A stretch of 64,000 bases of DNA from Camelus ferus (lineage: Eukaryota). The stretch covers positions 43,898,001 through 43,962,000 of the forward strand of contig NC_045696.1 of NCBI RefSeq assembly GCF_009834535.1, given 5' to 3'. The position numbers and the translations under genes were made by a program. The notes under the pieces are model-generated. The model searched no databases, was not told the DNA's origin, and was given only the letters and a program-made list of their open reading frames with translations. Below, one piece after another: positions 54,501 through 64,000 of the stretch (its first letter is position 1; the number at the start of each line of letters is the position of its first letter).

Positions 54501-55959
54501 TCTGGGGGTTCAGTGAACTGTGCCATTGGAGACATCATGGGTTATCATGCACAGACCCAAACAGATCTGCTGTTCCAACAAAGGAAACTACAGGAGAGCA
54601 GAGCTTGATGGCAGAATCAAGGTCACTGAATTCACAGATTACAGAATGGTGCCTCCCTGTATGCAGTAAAATATTGGTGGAGCAAAAATTGTGTAGACCT
54701 GGAGGGACAAAGGGACATGCTTCAAAAACATTTCTGTTCTGGGAGCAAGGAATTATATTTTGAAAATTAAAATAAAAAGAAAAGTATAGTGTCTGCTATT
54801 TTCCGCCTTTTTAGAAAACATGTGGTGATTAGTAAACTTGAAAATAATAGAATCTCCATGTCATTCAAGAAATATTTCATACGTGATTCTATAAATGCCT
54901 TAACATAGGGGTTAAAACATGCCTGGAAATCCCTAAGATAAAATTGTAAACAATGAGCAGTCAGTAGGCTTTGCCAATATGTGAGAAGGTAGAATACAGT
55001 TGGGGAAAAATAAAAAGCAACAGAGACCAAAGATTTCTAAATGAATTTTGAGAAGATATCACATGCAGTGTATTTACATATTTCTTAGAAAATAATACAA
55101 ATAGCCTAGTTAGCTCAGTCTGGCTGAGCTTACAGGCTGTCTAATGTATACTTGCTTTTTTGCCTGAAAGTCAATTTTCTCCTCGTTTAGAAAGCAGGTT
55201 GGCTAAAGGAACAAAGAATTGCAGATACACAGGATGTATTGAAAACGGGCTTATTAACTTCACATTTTCTCAGTAGAAAGCCTTTCTACTGTTCTGAAAA
55301 GAATAAAATCCAATACATAACTTTGGAAGACTTTTTTACAAGCTTACGCTATGAGCCCTTCATTTGTCTTGGAGAGAAATTGAGTTTTGTATTGGAAGAT
55401 GTTACCAGAATGCATTCAGTTTCAACATTGCCTATGCTTTAATCTGGAAATGTAAGACAGCATAATGTACTAAATCTAATAGTAGATCATATACATATGA
55501 TTTAAAATTTGAAGCCGTTTTATATCATAATCACATGTATGTGAATCATAGAAATCAAACCATAGATAAAGGAAAACACAGAAAATGGTTCAACTGAAAG
55601 AATATTCATCTAATTAAAAATAGTTGTAATACTTTCAGTATTACAAAAAATACCTGTGCTTTACAAGTAAATGAGAAACACTGACTGAAACACTAAACCT
55701 GTTCTTTGATGTTTGAACCCTATTTCCTACAGAACATAGTTTTTCTATATGCAGTGCACACAGTGCTTTTAGGGGATAATTAACAGTTGTGGTTTTTTTT
55801 TAAGTTAAAAACATAAAAGTAACATTAAGGACCACTGACTTCATAGACATGTTACTCAAAAAAGATGCTAAATTTATTGAAGCAATATTTAAAGAAATTT
55901 ATTTTTTATCTGTCTTAGCTATTCTTTTATTCCTTCTTCTTGCCTTTTTTGAGATAATC

Positions 55960-56600
55960 AAGTTTTTTGTTGTTGTTGTTGTTCTACATTATCTCTTGTA
56001 TTGGATTTTTAAGCTATACCTCTTTGAATTACTTTTTTAGAATTTGGAGATTAGAATTTATCATAGTCAGCATTAGTAAATATTTCATCAGTTTGCTAAT
56101 TAAGACTTTACAACTGATTAATTCCATTTATTCCTTTATAACTCTATGTGCTATTGGGCATATTTTATAACTCACACTATACATTGCTATTAAATTTCCC
56201 TTAAGCATTCAATAGTATTTTAATAGTAATTTGTATATATCCACATATTTACTGTTTCCATTGGTCTTCCTTTTTACAGACCCAGGCTTCCATCTGCGAT
56301 TATTGCCTTTCAAAATATGAAATTTCTTTTGTATTTTTGTAGTACAATAAATTTTCTAAGCTTATGTTTGCTTGAAATGTCTTTATTTCACCTTCAATTT
56401 CAAAGAAGATGCTGGGTATAGTAAACTAGTTTGTTTTATTTTCTCTTAGCACTTTAAAAATGTGCTATAAGAAAATAATGACAATTTACCTTGTCTTCTG
56501 ACTGCATTGTATCTGACATGAGGGAAGCCATTATGCTTATTTTTTTTTTCTTCTGAATGCATTGTATATATTTTTCCTGACTGCTTAAAAATTTTTATTT
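55960..56600 (-). mobile_element. Diverged L1M fragment, antisense
   Basis: ttgcttgaaatgtctttatttcaccttcaatttcaaag...gctgggtatag...ttagcactttaaaaatgt...ttgtcttctgactgcattgt is the typical antisense L1M ORF1/inter-ORF pattern. Confidence 0.65.
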
Positions 56601-56605
56601 TGGTT

Positions 56606-56675
56606 GGGGAGGGTATAGCTCAAGTGGTGGAGTGCATGCTTAGCATGCATGAGGTCCTAGGTTCAAACCTCTATT
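56606..56675 (+). mobile_element. tRNA-Ala(AGC)-derived SINE head (camelid Vic-1-like), 3'-truncated
   Basis: ggggagggtatagctcaagtggtggagtgcatgcttagcatgcatgaggtcctaggttcaaacc carries a Pol III A box (tagctcaagtgg), an anticodon arm gcatgc-ttagcat-gc and a B box (ggttcaaacc). The acceptor stem cannot close, so it is not a tRNA gene. Confidence 0.8.
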
Positions 56676-57270
56676 AAATGAAGGTCTATTTTTTTCATAT
56701 GCTGGAAACATTTACTTAGTGAAATATTAGCATCCTCTCAGTAGACATGTTCAAGCTGACATGAAGAGAAAATTTGAAAAAAGTGGCTATTAAGGGCTTA
56801 AGTTCCCTTCTGGTAAATAAATATTCTGTGATGAATCTGAGGTAAAGTTTTTGTACCTATTGTCCCTGATACCTATGCTAACCTAATTTTCATATATCAC
56901 TATATAGAAGACAAACATTAAGCAGAGGTCGGAAGAATTGTTCTAAGAACCTTCCCTTGCATTTACAGGATTTTCTATTCCCACTTCTTGTTCAATATCT
57001 TACCCTCAGTATGGTTTACCCCCAGCAGATGATATAAAGTATGCCCATTACCCACATTTTTTGAGTTTGCATATGAATTAACAAATAAGCAATCACCTCA
57101 CAGGTACCACAGACTTCCCCTCTATCCAGTAATTATGACTCCTTTGGGTTCACCAGGATCAGATTATGAAGATATCCGATCAGCCTGTACTAACCTCAAA
57201 CTTTATCCTAAGGTCACCTCAGTAGGAAGACACAAAGAAGCAGATATTACAAAACAAAACAAAAAAGGTT

Positions 57271-57745
57271 TGATAGGCTGAATAATGGTATCTCAAGAGA
57301 TATTCATGTTCTATCCTCTGTTAATGTTAATTTATATGGTAAAAGGGATTTGTAAATGTAAGTAACTTAAGGATTTTGAGTGGGGGAAAGTTCATCCTGA
57401 ATCAGGATGATGGGCCCTAAATATAATCACAGTCATCCTTATAAAAGAAAGAGGCAAGAAGATCAAAGGAGGAAGAAGGAGAAATAACATTAGAAACAAG
57501 AAATTGTAGTGGTGAATGGGAAGGACCTTCTTGACCCAAGTAATGAAAACTATCTAAAACCTGAAAAAGGCAAGGAAAGGGATTCTTTCCTCAGAGCCTT
57601 ACAGGGAAGTAGGCCTATGGACACTCTAATGATCACCCTGTATGACTCATTTTGTACTTCAAACTTCCAGAGCTCTGAGACAGTAAAACTTTTAAGCCAC
57701 TAAATTTTTGGTAATTTGTTACTATCACAATAGTAAAGCAATACT
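57271..57745 (+). mobile_element. MaLR solo LTR (MLT1D-like)
   Basis: taggctgaataatgg...gggccctaaatataatcacagtcatccttataa...aaaaggcaaggaaagggattctttcctcagagcct...ttttaagccactaaatttttggtaatttgttac. Confidence 0.85.
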
Positions 57746-58439
57746 ATTAGTAAAGACTTTCCCCACATTTTAACACTTTCACCGCTTCTCTCCAAACCAA
57801 CCCAAATATTATAAGAAGTTGGGTGATATCATTACTGAAATATTTAAGAAGGTACTAGCCTGCAAATGTGAAACACATCAAGTTTGAAGATATTTGTTTT
57901 CAGGAATCTTAACATGAAATAGTTTAAATTCAAACGATATACCAAAGTTTATATTTGAAACCCTCATCATAAAAAGGGCTCTCAGAACTTCCAGATTCTA
58001 AAATAATATTCAAATCCACTAGTGGTCTCTCTAATATCCATGATAAATATATATAATATACATATAAACTGTATAGCATATCTGAGTAAATGAAAGAAGA
58101 CTAATTCAAACCCTTGTCTAATCTCAAAAGGAGACTTTTAAAACACCTAATGTAAAATAGAACACAAGTTTTTCTGTGTGTACATACCATATTAGATAAA
58201 GAAATGCAAGATACAGAAGATGAAAAAGTAACAACACTACTTGTGGAATATAATGTGGTTCAACTATGTTGGAGAATAATTCAGCATAACCTATTAATGC
58301 TGAGGAAGGCCATAATATATATATTATATACAATTTTTTTAAACTCTTACAATGGTATCTATATAAATAATCATGACTCTACTGTTAGTAATAATAACTA
58401 CAAAAACAAACTAACTAAAAAACTATAGGAGCTATTAAA

Positions 58440-58535
58440 AAAACACAAAACTAAACCAAATAATAACTACAACAAGAAGAATGGAAACAACCTGTTTCCA
58501 TAAAAAGGAGATGGTTATGGATAAAGAAGATGTGG

Positions 58536-58577
<42 letters not shown>

Positions 58578-58996
58578 GGAATACTACTCAGCCATAATAA
58601 AGAATAAAATAATGCCATTTGCAGCAACATGGATGGACTTGGAAATTGTGATTCCAAGTGAAGTAAGCCAGAAAGAGAAAGAAAAATGCCATATGATATC
58701 ACTTATATGTAGAACCTAAAAAAAAAAGGACGCAACTAACTTGTCTACAAAACAGAAATACTCACAGACACAGAGAACAAACTTATGGTTACTGGGGGTA
58801 AAGGGGCTGGGAAAGGATAAATTGGGAATTTGAATATTGCTCCTCTTTGGGATTGATGGAAATGTTATCTGTCTTGATTGTGGTAGTGGTTTCAGTGGTG
58901 TATACATCTATCAAAATTTATCAAATTGTACATTTGAAATATGTGTAGTTTGCTGTACAGGAACCATACCACAATAAAGGTGTTAAAAAAAAAAAG
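58440..58996 (+). mobile_element. Composite L1 3' end: older L1M segments flanking a younger L1 patch (58517-58840)
   Basis: atggataaagaagatgtgg...gccatttgcagcaacatggatggacttgg...aacaaacttatggttac is a young L1 3'UTR. 58845-58996 (gatggaaatgttatctgtcttgattgtggtagtgg...aataaa...A11) is an old L1MC/MD-like terminus. Confidence 0.75.
58539..58574 (+). repeat. (AC)18 microsatellite inside an L1 3' region
   Basis: Read directly from the sequence. Confidence 0.97.
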
Positions 58997-59578
58997 AAAA
59001 GAAAAATAGAATTACCAGGAAAAACTTACAAATGGACAATCATAGGAAGAGATAACATATTTTTCTTAGAAATGGATTAGTCAGATAAAATGAGAAGGAT
59101 GTTGAAGATCTGAACAATAATATATTTCTTCTAATAAATCTATGATCAACAACAACAACAAAAAGAATGGTTAAATTTGGTATTTATATACTGTTGACTT
59201 CCTGAAAGCAGATAAAAACATGAAATACAGCCATGTATCAATAAGAATGTATCTCAACCATATATTAAACAACATAAACCAACTGCAGAATACATGGAAT
59301 ATAACCCAATGTATACAAGATTCAGAAACACGAAAAAAAATTAAACACTATGTTGTCCCAGAATGATAATATATATAAATATAGTATACATATCAAATAA
59401 AGCAAGAAAATGATAAGCAAAGAACTCAGAATAGCAGTTACTTCTGGGGAAGAATGAGAGAATTTAACCTGGGGACAGGGAGGTGCGTGGGAAGTGGAAT
59501 AGAAGGATTTAAAGTAGCACTGGTAATATTTTAAATTTAAGATGTTTATTTCCTTATTATTCTTTAAGCCAACTCTTT

Positions 59579-59614
59579 TCTGCTTGGGATCTGCTTGGGA
59601 TCTGCTTGGGATCT
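59579..59614 (+). repeat. Perfect 11-bp tandem repeat (TCTGCTTGGGA) x3.3
   Basis: Read directly from the sequence. Confidence 0.95.
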
Positions 59615-61959
59615 TTAAAGCAACTTTCAGAGCAACCAAAGAAGAGTTATAAATCACAACCCTTTTTAGATAAAGTATTTAAGAAAGTAACCTCTCTAGC
59701 ATGGTTTCAAGTCACTTTGATAAATCCTGCATTACTTACATGCTCAAAGGATACAACTGTTCATTTCACTTTATGCAAAACTGTCTAGAACTGGTTTATG
59801 TTTATTATAGCTTTAGTCCAGTTTTTTTCTCCTTTACTTCCTGGTCTTTGAAACATTTCCTTACTTGTCTCACTTTCTTTGAATTAGACTTTTTTTTAAC
59901 GGGGTGAGTAAAAGCTTTTGAATCTCAGCTTCCCTGATATTTTTTCATTGTTGTTAACAATTATTTGAAGTCTCTGAGCCACAATTTAATTATCATTAAA
60001 ATGATAATAACGTACACCTCAATAGAATTTTTTGCATGTAAAAATAGCATAAAACTTTCTAGCATAACGCCTAGAAATTAGGAGATATTAATAGAATTTA
60101 GCTCTTCTTGCTTCTTTTTCTTATTTCAGTTTCAGTTCTACCCTTTTGGTACTGGGTACTCTGACTAGTTGCTTGTCCATTTTTTTCCTGTGCACTTCAT
60201 CTATGGCTTAGTATCCCTGATCTGTAGCTCCACTTTCTGGAATATTTTTGCTTCCTTTTATTTTTAATCTACTCATTCTTTTAATAGCAATCTATCTTTC
60301 TTTCTCTCTACATTTTTTTTTCAAACTTGTTTTACTCTGAACCTGCCCACCTGACCAACAGGTCAGAGTTTCATCATTCCTGCTGCTATGTTGAGAGATA
60401 CTCTCATGAGTCACAAACAAGATTAATATGTAAAGAAACCCTCATTTATCCTTTTCTCTAAATTATTGCAGTTATTCTCCCATCACCATTGCCAGTTTGA
60501 ACACACAAAAGTCCACCCTGTAGGTACAAAATAATTTTACATAGTTTTTTTAGGCAAAACTTTAAATTTTATTCACTGAAAAATCTATCATAAGAAATTC
60601 TAGGATCAGTGTACTGCCTACGCAGAAAACGGAGATCCTACTTCAGTATTACTTGTTGTTTCATCTTTAAACTCATTGGATTATGCCTCCCCTCCACAAA
60701 AAACATACTCAAATTACCAAAACAGATTAATCTTTCTGAGGGCATAGAAACAGACAAGATTTCCCTCCATGTTTAAAATTGAGGAGGGACACCTTCAGAG
60801 CCTTACACATAGTTTAAAATTAGCCAGCAGTACATTTTTGTATATAGTAGTCTCACATACCAGTATCGTAAACATACATAAAATAGGTTCTGTTGGTATT
60901 TAATTACTTCTGTTCATAACAGATATCCGATGTCCATTATGGATAGTTTATATTACTGATACATCATTATCTTGACACATACTGAGGCAATTACTTGTGT
61001 TTGAAGTCTTCTTAGGCTTATTCATATTTAATGAATCATGAGCAGCAGAAGAAATGCAGTATTTTTGAAGCTCTTAGACATTGAACATAAAAAATACATT
61101 CATTTTAGTCCATAAAGCTCCCCAAAATTCTGTTATATAGGAAGGTAGAAAATTACAATGGCAAGAAAGACAAAGAACAAGTTAGGTAGCTGTGGTATGG
61201 CACCCTGCCAAATAGTTATGATAAGTCTGGCACTGTTTACTGTGCAACAAATGAAATAGCATTCTACATAGTACAGAGGCAATTAGGGAGTGGTTCCCTA
61301 GGCTACTTTAGTCAACACTATTATGAAGAGGCAAAATAATATCTAGGATCACGCTCATTAAAGGAACCCCAAAGCCTGTGGGATGTATTACTAATTTTAT
61401 ATATGCAGAGTTTTTTTTACTTGAAGAAAATTGTATTTTCTTTTTTACTTGAAATGATCAGAAAGGAGTATGGCTCAGAAGGCAGACACCATGAAGAGAT
61501 CATATGAAAACAAATGAAATAAAGGTATTAAACATTTAATTGATATTCAAAATACTCAGTGTTCAATTTTGGTTTTATATGTGAATTCCAACCAGGAAGC
61601 ATGTTTCAGAATCAAAAATGTGAAAACTAATATTGGTATTAGCTTGTCTTTTATTACATTAAATTTCTGTCATTTTATTCTTTACTTTTATATTTCTATG
61701 TGACCAAAAATATTTATATAATACAAGTGACATGGCTGGGTTTCTTTTACATTGGTTTATTTCATTCAATCATAAAATGGAATCCTGTTATGGGAAAGAG
61801 TTAATCAGAATTTATAAACAACTCATAGCTAAGCACAACAGATAAACAAAGAATAACATAATGTGGTTTCTACTCCATGGAGATTCATGTCCCTTTAAGG
61901 AAATGGGGAAAAAAAAACAGGAAGAAAAAACAAAACAAAAGAAAACTGGAGAACAATAT

Positions 61960-63885
61960 TGGCAGGATACAAAATTGATACACAGAAATCTGTTGCTTTT
62001 CTATACACTAACAACAAACTATCAGAAAGAAAAATTAAGAACACAATTCCTTTTATAGTTGCATCAAAAAGAATAAAATACCTAGGAATAAATCGAACCA
62101 AAGAGGTAAAAGACTTGTACTCAGAAAATTATATGATGCTGATGAAGGAAATTTAAGACAAAACGAATAGAAAAGATATACCATAATCATGGATCAGAAG
62201 AATTAATAGTGTTAAAATGACCATACTCCCCAAAATAATCTACAGATTCAATGTAATCCTTATCAAAATACCAATGGATTTTTTTCAAAGAATTAGAACA
62301 AATAATTCTAAAATTTGTATGGAAACACAAAAGACTCTAAATAGCCAAAGCAATCTTGAGAGAGAAGAGAAAGCTGGAGGTAGAATGCTTTTTGATTTCA
62401 ACCTATACAAAGCTATAGTAATCAAAACAATATGATTCTGTCACAAAAACAGACACCTAGAACAATGGAACAGAATAGAGCACCCAGAAATAAACCCAAA
62501 TTTATATGATTAATTAAGTCAAGAATATACAATGGGGACAAGCCTCTTCAATAAATGGTGTTGGGAAAACTAGATAGTACATGCAAAATAATCAGACTGA
62601 ATGACTTTCTCACACCATAAGCAAAAATAAACTGAGAAGGATTAAAAACTTAAATGTAAGAGCTGAAGCTGTAACATTTCTAGAAGAAAATATAGGGAGC
62701 ATACTCTTTGACACTGGAATTAGCAATATATTTTAGATATGTCTCTTCAGGCAAAGGAAACAAAGCAAAAATAAACAAATGGTACCAAATAAACTAAAAG
62801 CTTCTGCACAGCAAAGGAAACTATCAATAAAATGAAAAGGCAGCCTACTGAGTGCGAGGAGATATTCGCAAATGATATACCCAAAAGAAGTTAATATCCA
62901 AAATATACAAAGAACTCATACAACTCAACATCAAGACAACAAACAACCTGATTCATAAAATGGGCAGAAGACCTGAATAGACATATATCCGAAGAAGTTA
63001 TACAGCTGATCAACAGACACATGAAAAGATGCTCAACATTGCTAATCATCAGGGAAATGCAAATCAAAACCATGAGATACCACCTTACACCTATCAGAAT
63101 GGCTCTTATAGAAGACAACAAGTAACAAGTGTTGGAGAGATTGTGGAGAAAAGGGAACACTCCTACACTTTTGGTGGAATTGTAAATTGTTGCAGCCACT
63201 ATGGAAAACATTATGAAGATTCCTCATAAAAGTAAAAATAAAATTACCATGTGATCCAGCAAATTCACTTCTGGGTATTTACCCAAAGAGAACAAAAACA
63301 CTAACTCAAAAAAATGTATGCACTTTAATGTCCATTGCAGCATTATTTACAATAGACAAGATATGAAAATAATATGTGTCCATTGACACATGAATAGATA
63401 AAGTAAATATTATATACAAACTATATATATAAAACTCAGCCATAAAAAAAGAATCTTGACATTTGTGATAACATGGGTAGATCCAGAGGGTATTATTCTA
63501 AGTGAAATAAGTCAGAGAGGAAAAGACAAATACTACATGATCTCTCTTACATGTGGAATCCAAAAAACAAACAAACAAAAAACCTCAGTAAACTAAAGAA
63601 AGACTCATATATACAGAGAATAATTGGTGGTTGCCAGAGGGATGGGGGTCGGGGGTGGGTGAAATAGATGTAAGGGATCAAGAGGTGCAAATTATATAAT
63701 AAATAAATTGGAAGTATAATATACAGCATGAGTATTATGGTCAATAATATAACTTTGTATGCGAACAGATAGTTACCTGATTTATCATGGTAGTCTTTTC
63801 GTTAATGTATGCACATGTCAAAACATTATGTAGTATATACTTGAAACCAATATAATATTGCACATTAACTGTATTTACATTTTAA
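61960..63885 (+). mobile_element. 5'-truncated LINE-1: ORF2 C-terminal region plus 3'UTR
   Basis: ORFs 61959-62156 ([18 protein letters not shown]...[21 protein letters not shown]) and 62217-62435 (ILPKIIYRFNVILIKIP) are canonical L1 ORF2p motifs, broken by multiple stops and frameshifts; an L1 3'UTR follows. Confidence 0.95.
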
Positions 63886-64000
63886 CCATGTTTTAGGCTG
63901 AAATAATGTGATCAACGATAATCATTTTACTTTAATGATAACTTAGGTTACCGTGTACTTAACCACTTTTAACATGATTCACCTAAAGAATATTAAAAGT

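Noticed and set aside
56606..56675. tRNA-Ala gene
   Set aside because: The 5' end is extended and the acceptor stem and 3' end are missing; it matches a SINE head.
57392..57410. 9-bp-arm palindrome tcatcctga-a-tcaggatga
   Set aside because: It falls at a position of MLT1 LTRs that is already quasi-palindromic, and it is short.

Overview
AT-rich, CpG-poor mammalian genomic DNA. A tRNA-Ala-derived SINE head at 56606-56675 resembles the camelid Vic-1 family, so the source is probably a camelid. I find no intact protein-coding gene and no supportable multi-exon gene model; the window looks intergenic or deep-intronic. The ORF track is mostly chance ORFs or decayed L1/Tigger coding remnants. Much of the window is fossil transposable elements: L1 of several ages, L2, MIR, MaLR/ERVL/ERV1 solo LTRs, Tigger1 and hAT MITEs. 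Family and subfamily names come from remembered consensus sequences and need RepeatMasker/Dfam confirmation. The clearest unexpected object is an intronless calmodulin (CALM1-type) retro-fragment covering codons 34-149 plus about 300 nt of 3'UTR (32079-32730). It sits inside the transposase gene of a Tigger1 DNA transposon and has no poly(A) tail and no clear target-site duplication, so it is not a canonical L1 retrocopy. Other oddities are a polyadenylated U3-R LTR fragment inserted L1-style (42999-43229), a young-L1 patch inside an older L1 (58517-58840), a perfect 27-bp palindrome (35606-35632) and several enhancer-like unique segments. I do not see evidence for a new functional multi-gene system.
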